From the NCBI GenBank assembly GCA_964236585.1, contig CAXSFE010000002.1:8171-72170 (forward strand): a DNA stretch of 64,000 nt, read 5' to 3'. Position 1 is the stretch's first letter. Every line of letters starts with the position of its first letter. Positions 1-7,850 of this stretch are shown piece by piece. The notes under the pieces were generated by a model. That model worked only from the letters and a program-made list of their open reading frames with translations, did not search any database and was not told where the DNA came from. Origin of the DNA: an uncultured Acetobacteraceae bacterium (lineage in GTDB: Bacteria; Pseudomonadota; Alphaproteobacteria; Acetobacterales; Acetobacteraceae). The position numbers and the translations under genes are program-made.

Positions 1-142
1 CGTCTTCCGGTGGTGTTCACGCGTGCACCTGATCCGTAGGATCCGCCGAGGCAGGCTTCCGCGACCGCCAAACCTGCCACCCCGCCCGACCGGCAGGACC
101 GCCTGCGCCGGCCGGGCCTTCACCGAAGGACGGCAGGCCGTG

Positions 143-640
143 ATGGTCCCCGACGACGCCGGCATCGAACGCCTCGCCCTGCGCCTGATCGACCGGAGCC
201 TGCCGAAGCGGGAGTGGACCCACGCGGGCCACTTCGCGGCGGCACTCTGGCTCTGCCGCCACCGCCGCGATCTCACCGCCCCGGACGAGATCCGGACCCT
301 GATCACCCGCTACAACGAGGCGACGAACACCGCCAACACCGACACCGGGGGCTACCACCACACGATCACCCTGGCATCGATGGGCGCGGCATCCGGCTGC
401 CTGGCCGGCTGCACGCCGGGGACGCCGATCCACGTCGTGCTGGCATCCCTCATGGCGTCCAGGCTTGGCAGCCCCGACTGGCTCCTGGCACACTGGAGCA
501 GAGGGACGCTGTTCGGCGTGGCGGCGCGCAGGAGGTGGGTCGCCCCCGACATCGCTCCGTTGCCGTTCCGAACACACGGCGGGTCGAGCCGCCCCGCAAG
601 GAACCGTCGAGCGGGAACCGGCCAGGCCGCACGGCCATGA
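143..640 (+). CDS. hypothetical protein
   Basis: Track ORF 23..640. The first ATG is at 143 (MVPDDAGIERLALRL...), preceded by GAAGGA. Third codon positions are G/C dominated. No family motif recognised. Confidence 0.45.
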   Translation: MVPDDAGIERLALRLIDRSLPKREWTHAGHFAAALWLCRHRRDLTAPDEIRTLITRYNEATNTANTDTGGYHHTITLASMGAASGCLAGCTPGTPIHVVLASLMASRLGSPDWLLAHWSRGTLFGVAARRRWVAPDIAPLPFRTHGGSSRPARNRRAGTGQAARP

Positions 641-760
641 GCGACCGGTCCTGACCAGGGAGCGCCGTCACGGCGAGCCTCGGCTGCCCGGCTCGGCCGC
701 GACAGGCTCGGGCAGATCGGTCCGCGTCCAACCAGGGCGCGAGGCGCAGGGACCAGAACC

Positions 761-1588
761 ATGGCGGCAAGGCTGGAACCCGGGCGTGCGATGATGCTCT
801 GCCTCTGCGCAACGCTGCTTCCCGCCGTTGCATCGGCGCGGCAACCGCAGGCAGCCGGTCCGCCGGCGCCCGTGGCAGGCGAGCGGGTCCTCGACCTGCC
901 GCTCCGCGGCGGGGAGCGTCAACGGATCCTGTTCTCCGTGCCGGCGCACCCGCGGGGAACGATCGTGATGCTTCCCGGGGGGACGGGGAACGTCGGCCTC
1001 GAACGCGGGGGCGGCATCCGGCACGGCGACAACTTCGTCGTGCGGACCCGCGCGCTGTGGAACGGCCATGGCTACGCCGTGCTGATCCCCGACACGACCG
1101 GCGGCGCCAGCCTCAGGGGCGTGCGCAGCTCGCCCGCCTACGCACGGCGCGTCGGCGACCTCACGGACTTCGCGCACGGGCAGGTGCCAGGCCCGGTGTT
1201 CCTGCTCGGCACCAGCCAGGGCTCGATCGCGGCGATGGCCGGGGCGTCCCACGCCATGCCCGGGAGCATCGCCGGCGTCGTCCTGACCGAGTCCGTCTCG
1301 GTGATGGGCGGCAGCGGCGAGACCGTGTTCGACGCCGACCCGCAGCGGGTGCGCGCCCCGGCGCTGGTGGTCGCCAACCGCGACGACCGCTGCGACGTGG
1401 CACCGCCGCAGGCCGCGCAGCGGATCGCGGCGGCCATGACCGGCAGCCGGGACGTGCGCGTGCTGATGGTGTCGGGAGGCACCACCCGGTCGGGGAACGA
1501 CTGCGGATCGCTCACGCCCCACGGCTACTACGGCATCGAAGGGCAGGTGGTGGACGCGATCAGCCGCTGGATGGAGACGCACGGCTGA
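761..1588 (+). CDS. secreted alpha/beta-fold hydrolase
   Basis: 275-aa ORF with a signal-like N-terminus (MMLCLCATLLPAVASA) and a nucleophile elbow G-T-S-Q-G (FLLGTSQGSIA). The start could instead be the internal Met at 791. Confidence 0.7.
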   Translation: MAARLEPGRAMMLCLCATLLPAVASARQPQAAGPPAPVAGERVLDLPLRGGERQRILFSVPAHPRGTIVMLPGGTGNVGLERGGGIRHGDNFVVRTRALWNGHGYAVLIPDTTGGASLRGVRSSPAYARRVGDLTDFAHGQVPGPVFLLGTSQGSIAAMAGASHAMPGSIAGVVLTESVSVMGGSGETVFDADPQRVRAPALVVANRDDRCDVAPPQAAQRIAAAMTGSRDVRVLMVSGGTTRSGNDCGSLTPHGYYGIEGQVVDAISRWMETHG

Positions 1589-1747
1589 CGCCATCCACCG
1601 TCTGCGACGCAGCCGCACTGCGCGCCCCGAACGGGAGGGGCCGACGGGAAGGAAACGGCATCCCCAGGCCGTTCCAGTCCGGTAAGCCCGGAGGCTGTCA
1701 CGAACCTCCCGGCTTCCTTCCCGCGCGTCATGACGGACAGGAAGCAT

Positions 1748-1863
1748 GTTCTTTCTTGAAAGAAAGAACCAAAGAACTTTTCCCCATAAGCTCCGGAGCC
1801 GGCCGCTGGGTCCGTGACCCCGTGGGCAAAGTCTTTTTGCTTCTTTTTCTTCAGAAAAAGAAG
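1748..1863. repeat. AT-rich double-hairpin element between convergent genes
   Basis: Hairpin 1 is GTTCTTTCTT-GA-AAGAAAGAAC (1748-1769). Hairpin 2 is CTTCTTTTT-CTTCAG-AAAAAGAAG (1840-1863). The segment is strikingly A/T-rich compared with its surroundings and sits between the stops of the hydrolase (+) and HxlR (-) genes. Confidence 0.6.
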
Positions 1864-1916
1864 AGTCTTGCTTTTCCTGTGGAAAGCGCAGGGCGCCGCC
1901 CGATCAGTGGCATCCT

Positions 1917-2357
1917 CTAGAGGGAAGCCTGCGGGACGTCGGGGTCGCCGCCGGCCCGGGCCGGCCTCCGGGCCGCGAAGGCGTGCCGTGCCTGCGCCAC
2001 CGCGTCGTGGTGCTTCTCGGCCCAGAGCCAGACGCCGCAGAAGGCGGCGGTCAGGCTCTCGCCGAGCGGGGTCAGGGCGTAGTCGACGTGCGGCGGAACG
2101 ACCGGGTGGACGGTGCGCCGCACCAGGCCGTCCTCCTCCATGCGGCGCAGGGTCTGCGTCAGCATCTTCTGGCTGACCCGGCCGACCACCTTGCCGAGCC
2201 GGGTGAAGCGCAGCGTCCCGCCCTCGTGCAGGGCCTCCAGCACCAGCATGGTCCACCTGTCGGCAACCTTGCCGATGATGTCGTGGACCAGCGCCTCGAC
2301 CGCGGTGTCGCAGTCGCTCGCCGGCAGGGGCTTGGGTTCGTTCGTCGCGGCCTGCAT
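1917..2357 (-). CDS. HxlR-family winged-helix transcriptional regulator
   Basis: This is the C-terminal 146 aa of track ORF 1917..3272, from ATG 2355-2357 (MQAATNEPKPL...). It carries the typical HxlR core: IGKVADRWTMLVLEALHEGGTLRFTRL...VSQKMLTQTLRRMEEDGLVRRTV...PPHVDYALTPLG. It is divergent from an SDR gene. Confidence 0.85.
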   Translation of the reverse strand: MQAATNEPKPLPASDCDTAVEALVHDIIGKVADRWTMLVLEALHEGGTLRFTRLGKVVGRVSQKMLTQTLRRMEEDGLVRRTVHPVVPPHVDYALTPLGESLTAAFCGVWLWAEKHHDAVAQARHAFAARRPARAGGDPDVPQASL

Positions 2358-2459
2358 CCACACTCTCCGTCCGGTGCGTATGGCACGATCCGGTGCCTTC
2401 TTTCCGATGGAGACCATCGGACCTAGATCGCTCAGGCACAACGGCAAAGGACGGCGACC

Positions 2460-3224
2460 ATGAAGGCTGTGGGCAACACCATCCTCGTCACGGGCGGCGG
2501 GTCGGGCATCGGCGCGGCCCTGGCGCACAGGCTGCACGACCTCGGCAACACCGTGATCGTCGCCGGCCGCCGCCAGGAGGCGCTGGACCAGGTCGCTGCC
2601 GGTCGGCCCGGCATCCACGCGCGCCTGCTCGACATCGAGGACACGCGGAGCATCGCCGCCTTCACGAGGCAGCTCCTGGCGGAGCACCCGGCGCTGAACG
2701 TGCTGGTCAACAATGCCGGGATCATGCGCTCCGAAACGCTGGAGGCGCCGCGCGACCTGGCGGACGCGGAGGCGACGATCGCCACCAACCTGCTCGGCCC
2801 GATCCGCCTCACCGACGCGCTCGTCGCCCATCTCGCGGCGCAGCCCGACGCCGCCATCGTCAACGTCACCTCTGGCCTCGCCTTCGTTCCGTTCGTCGCG
2901 GCGCCCGTCTACGCGGCGACCAAGGCGGCGATCCACAGCTACACGATCTCGTTGCGCATCGCGTTGCGCGACAAGGTCGAGGTCATCGAGCTGGTGCCGC
3001 CGGGCGTGCAGACCGCGCTGACGCCGGGCCAGGAGACGCGGGACGGCTACATGCCGCTGGACGCCTTCATCGACGAGACCATGCAGCTCCTCGCCCGCCA
3101 GCCCACCCCCTCGGAGATCCTGGTCGAGAGGGTGCGGCCGCTGCGCTCGGCCGACGGGGACGGACGTGTCGAGCAGATGGCGACGGCGATGTACGCCATG
3201 GCCCGGAGCAGCCAGCGGGGCTGA
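2460..3224 (+). CDS. short-chain dehydrogenase/reductase (SDR)
   Basis: Cofactor motif TGGGSGIG, an NNAG motif, and the catalytic Y-x3-K (YAATKAA). Confidence 0.9.
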   Translation: MKAVGNTILVTGGGSGIGAALAHRLHDLGNTVIVAGRRQEALDQVAAGRPGIHARLLDIEDTRSIAAFTRQLLAEHPALNVLVNNAGIMRSETLEAPRDLADAEATIATNLLGPIRLTDALVAHLAAQPDAAIVNVTSGLAFVPFVAAPVYAATKAAIHSYTISLRIALRDKVEVIELVPPGVQTALTPGQETRDGYMPLDAFIDETMQLLARQPTPSEILVERVRPLRSADGDGRVEQMATAMYAMARSSQRG

Positions 3225-3302
3225 CCCGCCCGCCTCCCGCCCGCGCCGCGAAGCGTGCCAACCCCGCCGCATTCAGGGCGTGACCCCTTCCAGAGTGGCG
3301 AT

Positions 3303-3353
3303 CCAAGGGCCCAGCCCTTGGCGGGGTCCAGGGGCAGCGCCCCTGGCCTTGCC
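3303..3353. repeat. mosaic palindromic intergenic element, single arm (R1)
   Basis: CCAAGGGC-CCA-GCCCTTGG followed by CCAGGGGC-AGC-GCCCCTGG-CCTTGCC. It ends 4 nt before the stop of the CDS at 3357. Confidence 0.8.
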
Positions 3354-3356
3354 TTC

Positions 3357-3785
3357 CTACGACCGGTATTCCGCCGGCACCGGCATGTTGTTCGCCGGGT
3401 TCGTGTCGTGCCGCGTCATCCCCGCGACGACGCCCTGGCCCACCAGCGGCTGCAGCCCGGCGGCCAGCGTGTCCGCCTCGCCCAGCGAGTAGACCTCCTG
3501 CCCCGCGACGTGGAGGGCAAAACTCCTGGCGTGCGCCGCGCCCTTCACCGGGTCGTCCAGCGTCGCCTTCGTCCAGCGATACAGCGGAAATGCGTCCGGC
3601 CCCTCGCGCTCCGCCTCGGCGACGTAGGCCGAGAACGCGTCGAACTGGCTCCTCATCGTCGCCCGCTGCGCGCCGAGCACCGCCTGCAGCGGCCCCAGCG
3701 CCGGATCGCCCGGGTCCGCGCGCAGCCGTTGCGCCATCGTATCGTCCAGCGTGATCCGCACCTGGTGGCGCCACTGCTCGTCCAT
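3357..3785 (-). CDS. hypothetical protein
   Basis: Track ORF 3357..3872. ATG at 3783-3785 (MDEQWRHQVRITL...) is preceded by AGGAG at about 9 nt. Coding-like G/C third positions. Confidence 0.55.
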   Translation of the reverse strand: MDEQWRHQVRITLDDTMAQRLRADPGDPALGPLQAVLGAQRATMRSQFDAFSAYVAEAEREGPDAFPLYRWTKATLDDPVKGAAHARSFALHVAGQEVYSLGEADTLAAGLQPLVGQGVVAGMTRHDTNPANNMPVPAEYRS

Positions 3786-3878
3786 CGCACCCGCTCCTGT
3801 CCCGCGGCCCGGCGGCGGCCGGGCAGGGGAGACATGGGCGCCCTGCGCACGCCGCCAACTCGCGGTGGCCAAGCGGAA

Positions 3879-4128
3879 GCAAGGCTGGGCTCTGCCCAGA
3901 CCCGCAAAGGGCCGGAGGCCCTTTGATCCCGCTCCTTCAAGGCAAGGACTCAGGGCAAGCCGTGACTGTGCCCTGGCACGAACAGCACGATCGACTGGCG
4001 CAGGCTGCTGCCCAAGGCAGAGAAGGCCAGGGACCCCGCCAAAGGCACCCCTTTAAGTTTCGCCTCTCAAGTCATGCCGGTCCAGGGGCGGCTCGTCCCT
4101 GGCGGGTCTGGGCAGAGCCCAGCCTTGC
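3879..4128. repeat. mosaic palindromic element, expanded composite copy (R2)
   Basis: The left arm (3879-3930) is GCAAGGCTGGGCTCTGCCCAG + CAAAGGGCCGGAGGCCCTTTG. The right arm (4076-4128) is CCAGGGGCGGCTCGTCCCTGG + CTGGGCAGAGCCCAG-CCTTGC. An extra degenerate arm lies at 4023-4057 and about 90 bp of unique core at 3931-4022. Confidence 0.8.
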
Positions 4129-4162
4129 TTTGCCTGAGAGCCAACAAACCCGGCCGCCGCCC

Positions 4163-6154
4163 TCACACCCGCACGTCCGCGCGCTCCATCTCGCCGGCCG
4201 GCACGAACCCGAACACCTGCCCGTAGAAGTCCAGCTCCAGCTCCAGCACCCTGCGGATCGTCCCGGCCTGCCGGAATCCGTGCGCCTCGCCGGCGAACTC
4301 GTAGAGCGCCGCCGCCACCCCGCGCGCGCGCATCGCGCCCGCCATCGCCCGCGCCTGGTTCGGCGGCACGACCTTGTCGTCGAGCCCCTGGAAGAAGATC
4401 ACCGGGCACGACAGCCGCTCGACATGGCTGATCGGCGAGCGCGCGTCGTACACCGCGCCGTCCTCCGGCAGCCGCCCGATCAGTCCGTCGAGGTAGCGCG
4501 ACTCGAACTTGTGCGTGTCGCCGGCCAGCAGCCGCAGGTCCGCGACCCCGTAGTGGCTCGCCCCCGCCCGGAACACGTCCGACCCCGCCAGCGCCGCCAG
4601 CGTCGTGAACCCCCCCGCGCTCCCGCCGCGGATCGCCATGCGCGCCCCGTCCACCCGCCCGCTCGCCGCCAGGTGACGCGCCGCCGCGATGCAGTCCGCC
4701 ACGTCGACCACGCCCCACTGCCCGTCGAGCCGCTGCCGATACGCGCGCCCGAATCCCGTCGACCCGCCGTAGTTCACGTCCGCCACCGCGAAGCCCCGCG
4801 ACGTCCACCACTGCACCCGGATCGAGAACGCGTCCGTGCTCATGCTGGTCGGCCCGCCGTGGCTGACCACGATCAGCGGCGGCCGCTCGGCCTCCGGCCC
4901 CGCGAAGCGCGCGTTCGCCGGCGGGTAGAACAGCGCGTGCGCCACCCCGCCGCCCTCGACCGGGAACGTCACCGCCTCCGCGAGCGACACGTCCCCCGCC
5001 TCCAGCGCCGGCGCCCCGGACGCCCGCACCACCTCGCCGCCCAGCATCACCGCGCTCGGCCGGTCGCGCTCCGCCCGCATCCACGCCCAGCGCCCCGCCA
5101 CCGGCCACGGGCACCCGCCCACCCGCGCGCCGCCCGCGTCACCCCGCACGTCGAGCGGCTCCGCCCGCCCGTCCACGATCCGCGCCGGCCGCGCGCTTCC
5201 CTCCGAGATCACGCTCGCCACGATCCCCCAACCAGCCGGCCCCGCACCGCCCGGCGCGTCCTCGCCCACGAAGCGGTACGACGCCTGCCCGAACACCCAG
5301 TGCGGCGCCCCGACCTCCGCCGCCATCGGGCACACCGCCTCCACGCCCCCCGGCCCGGCCCGGTACAGGTTCCACCACCCCGACCGGTCCGAGCACGCGT
5401 GCAGCACCCCGTCCGGCGACCACCCCGGCTGCACCGCCGCCTCCCGCCCGTCGCCCAGGGGCCGCACGGCCTCCCCGACCCGGGGCACGTCGCCCGCAGC
5501 GCCTGTGCCCGCCCCGAGCTCCAGCGGCGCCACGCACAGCCGCGCCGCGTCCCACGGCATGTCCGGGTGGTCCCACTCGATCCACGCCAGCCGCGTCCCG
5601 TCCGGCGAGGGCCGCGGGCTCGACAGGAAGTCCGCCCCGCGCACCAGCACGACCCCCTCCTGCGCCTCCGCCTCCACCCCGGCCCCGAGGTCCAGCGCCA
5701 CCAGCGCCGCCTCCGCCTCGCCGTCTCCGCGGTGGTCCTCGCGCACGCACGCCGCCCACCGCCCGCCCGGCAGCAGGGAAAAATCCGCGAACCGGCACCC
5801 CGCCACCCGGCTCACCGCCCGCGGCGCCCCGCCCGGCTCGATCACCCAGACCGACCCGTCCGCCTTGTGGCTGAACACGACCCGCCCGCCCTGCGCCACG
5901 AACGCGCCCCCGCCGTACTCGTGCACCCGCGACGCCACGTCGAACGGCGCCGGCGTGAGGTCCACGACCGCCCCGACCGCCCCGCGCCGCACCAGCACGG
6001 TGCGCCCCCGCTCCGCCGGCCGCAGCTCCAGCCACAGCAGCGCGTCCCCGTCCACGACGAGCGAGCCCAGCCCGACCGTCTGCCCCGCCACCTGCTCCAC
6101 CGTGACCGGCGACTCCCAGGTCCCGAACGGGGCAATCGTCTTTGACTGTGTCAT
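4163..6154 (-). CDS. S9-family serine peptidase (prolyl oligopeptidase / acylaminoacyl-peptidase type)
   Basis: Starts at ATG 6152-6154 (MTQSKTIAPFGTWESP...). The N-terminus has beta-propeller-like repeats. The C-terminal catalytic domain carries GGSAGG (Ser), FFQGLDDKVV (Asp) and GEAHGF (His). Confidence 0.85.
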   Translation of the reverse strand: MTQSKTIAPFGTWESPVTVEQVAGQTVGLGSLVVDGDALLWLELRPAERGRTVLVRRGAVGAVVDLTPAPFDVASRVHEYGGGAFVAQGGRVVFSHKADGSVWVIEPGGAPRAVSRVAGCRFADFSLLPGGRWAACVREDHRGDGEAEAALVALDLGAGVEAEAQEGVVLVRGADFLSSPRPSPDGTRLAWIEWDHPDMPWDAARLCVAPLELGAGTGAAGDVPRVGEAVRPLGDGREAAVQPGWSPDGVLHACSDRSGWWNLYRAGPGGVEAVCPMAAEVGAPHWVFGQASYRFVGEDAPGGAGPAGWGIVASVISEGSARPARIVDGRAEPLDVRGDAGGARVGGCPWPVAGRWAWMRAERDRPSAVMLGGEVVRASGAPALEAGDVSLAEAVTFPVEGGGVAHALFYPPANARFAGPEAERPPLIVVSHGGPTSMSTDAFSIRVQWWTSRGFAVADVNYGGSTGFGRAYRQRLDGQWGVVDVADCIAAARHLAASGRVDGARMAIRGGSAGGFTTLAALAGSDVFRAGASHYGVADLRLLAGDTHKFESRYLDGLIGRLPEDGAVYDARSPISHVERLSCPVIFFQGLDDKVVPPNQARAMAGAMRARGVAAALYEFAGEAHGFRQAGTIRRVLELELDFYGQVFGFVPAGEMERADVRV

Positions 6155-6181
6155 CCGCGCACCCCTGGCATGCCCCACGCC

Positions 6182-6274
6182 GTCACGCGCCGCGTGACAT
6201 GACCCCCGGAAACCCCTCGTTCTGTCACGCGCAGCGTGACGAAACACCCCCGGATCCGTCACGCCAGGCGTGAC
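6182..6274. promoter_or_regulatory. three tandem 17-bp palindromes GTCACGC-N3-GCGTGAC upstream of the S9 peptidase gene
   Basis: GTCACGCGCCGCGTGAC at 6182-6198, GTCACGCGCAGCGTGAC at 6224-6240, GTCACGCCAGGCGTGAC at 6258-6274. The first two are followed by a CCCCCGGA-containing spacer. The array lies 28-120 nt upstream of the start codon on the minus strand. Confidence 0.5.
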
Positions 6275-6300
6275 AGCCCGCGCCAACGCAGGACAGGCAA

Positions 6301-6422
6301 GCAAGGCTGGGCTCTGCCCAGACCCGCAAAGGGTCCGAGAACCCTTTGATCCCTTGACTTAAGTATAGGTTTCCAAAGGCTTGGCCTTTGGCGGGGTCCA
6401 GGGGCAGCGCCCCTGGCCTTCC
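6301..6422. repeat. mosaic palindromic element (R3)
   Basis: GCAAGGCTGGGCTCTGCCCAG + CAAAGGGTCCGAGAACCCTTTG, a CTTAAG centre, then CCAAAGGCTTGGCCTTTGG + CCAGGGGCAGCGCCCCTGG-CCTTCC. Confidence 0.9.
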
Positions 6423-6439
6423 TTCACGCAACCCCGGCG

Positions 6440-7543
6440 TTACTCTGCCGCCAGCGCCGGGTAGTCCGTATAGCCGTGCGCGTCCCCGCCGTACCACGTC
6501 GCCTTGTCCGATTCCGCGATCGCGGCCCCGGTGCGCAGCCGCTCCACCAGGTCCGGGTTGGAGATGTAGGGCCGCCCGAAGCACACCAGGTCGGCCTCGT
6601 CGCTGCTGCGCATGCGCAGCGCCATCTCCCGGTCGATGCCGTTGTTGGCCATGTAGAGGCCGCGGAACAGGCGGCGCAGGTTCTGGCTGCTGTAGCCGCC
6701 CGGCTCCGTGCGGTCGCCCTGGGTCACGCCCTCGATGACGTGCATGTAGACGAGCCCGAACCGCCCCAGCTGCTCGACCAGGTGCGAGTAGGTCGCCATG
6801 ACGGTGCTGTCGATCCCGATCTCGCCGACCTGCGGCGTGATCGGCGACAGACGGATGCCCACGCTCTCCCCGCCGCCCCACACGCCCGTGACCGCCTCGG
6901 CCACCTCGACGACGATGCGGCAGCGGTTCTCGATGCTGCCGCCGTAGCGGTCGGCGCGCTTGTTGGTGCTGTCGCGGATGAACTGGTCGAGCAGGTAGCC
7001 GTTCGCCGCGTGGATCTCCACGCCGTCGAACCCGGCCCGCTTCGCGCAGCCCGCCGCGTGGGCGTAGTCGGCGACGATGCCCGCGATCTCGTCCGTCTCC
7101 AGCGCCCGCGGCGTCAGGAACGGCTTGAACCCCTCCGGCGTGAACGCCTTGCCGACGGGTGCTATCGCCGACGGCGCCACCGGCAGCCCGTTGCCCGGCT
7201 GGAGGTCCGGGTGGCTGACGCGCCCCACGTGCCAGAGCTGGGCGAAGATGCGCCCGCCCTTGCCGTGCACCGCCTCCGTCACGCCGCGCCAGCCCTCGAC
7301 CTGCGCGTCGGTGAAGATCCCAGGCGTGAAGGCGTAGCCCTGGCCCTGCTGGCTGATCTGCGTCGCCTCGGATACGATCAGGCCGGCGGTGGCGCGCTGG
7401 GCGTAGTACTCGGCATTCAGCGGGCCCGGCACCTCGCCCTTGCCGGCGCGCGAGCGGGTCAGCGGCGCCATCACCACGCGGTTGCGCAGCTCGATCGGCC
7501 CGAGCTGGACGGGCTGGAACAGGTCGCTCTGGGTGTCGCTCAT
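6440..7543 (-). CDS. Old Yellow Enzyme family NADH:flavin oxidoreductase (alkene / N-ethylmaleimide reductase type)
   Basis: Starts at ATG 7541-7543 (MSDTQSDLFQPVQLGPIELRNRVVMAPLTRSRA). Carries HAANGYLLDQF and a GRPYISNPDLVERL tail, both typical of OYE. Confidence 0.9.
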   Translation of the reverse strand: MSDTQSDLFQPVQLGPIELRNRVVMAPLTRSRAGKGEVPGPLNAEYYAQRATAGLIVSEATQISQQGQGYAFTPGIFTDAQVEGWRGVTEAVHGKGGRIFAQLWHVGRVSHPDLQPGNGLPVAPSAIAPVGKAFTPEGFKPFLTPRALETDEIAGIVADYAHAAGCAKRAGFDGVEIHAANGYLLDQFIRDSTNKRADRYGGSIENRCRIVVEVAEAVTGVWGGGESVGIRLSPITPQVGEIGIDSTVMATYSHLVEQLGRFGLVYMHVIEGVTQGDRTEPGGYSSQNLRRLFRGLYMANNGIDREMALRMRSSDEADLVCFGRPYISNPDLVERLRTGAAIAESDKATWYGGDAHGYTDYPALAAE

Positions 7544-7660
7544 CGTCGGTTCTCCATGAGGCTCCTGCCGCCTGGACACGGCCGCCACGGCCCCTATCTC
7601 GCGCCTGCAGCAGCCCGCGGCAACTGCACCGTTCAGTGTGCCGGCAGGGAAGGCGAAGAA

Positions 7661-7846
7661 AGCAGGCCTGGGCTCTCCCTCCGTTGCCCATTCCAATGGC
7701 CCAAGCGGGCCATCGGAACCTTTGGGCAGCTACGCCCAGACCCGCCAGGGGCGAGCCGCCCCTGGACCGGCATGACTTGAGGGAGGCCGGTCCAGGGCGG
7801 CTCGCCCTGGCGGAGTTTGAGGCAGAGCCTCAACCTTGCCTTGCCT
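7661..7846. repeat. mosaic palindromic element with nested insertion (R4)
   Basis: The outer hairpin CCTGGGCTCT (7667-7676) / GCCCAG (7734-7739) is split by 57 bp. Both inner hairpins are of the CCAGGG(G)C...G(C)CCCTGG type. The right outer hairpin is the variant TTGAGGC-AGA-GCCTCAA (7817-7833). Confidence 0.8.
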
Positions 7847-7850
7847 GCCC

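Noticed and set aside
1917-3272. Fused track ORFs suggesting giant proteins. Examples are 1917..3272, 14248..16584, 15486..17735, 34834..36678, 37256..38860, 47648..49093 and 23790..26537.
   Set aside because: Only the C-terminal parts match known families, and internal ATG or GTG codons with ribosome-binding sites or ATGA/GTGA overlaps give normal-length proteins. The N-terminal extensions are shadow frames over neighbouring genes or intergenic repeats.
3923-6145. Very long ORFs antisense to or out of frame with recognised genes. Examples are 3923..6145 (+), 26732..30442 (-), 59325..61961 (-), 60107..62152 (+), 14203..15771 (+), 15366..17030 (+) and 7836..9182 (+).
   Set aside because: They are Arg/Pro/Gly/Ala-rich with no motifs. 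Each overlaps a gene with clear family signatures on the other strand or frame. Long stop-free shadow frames are expected in DNA this G+C-rich.
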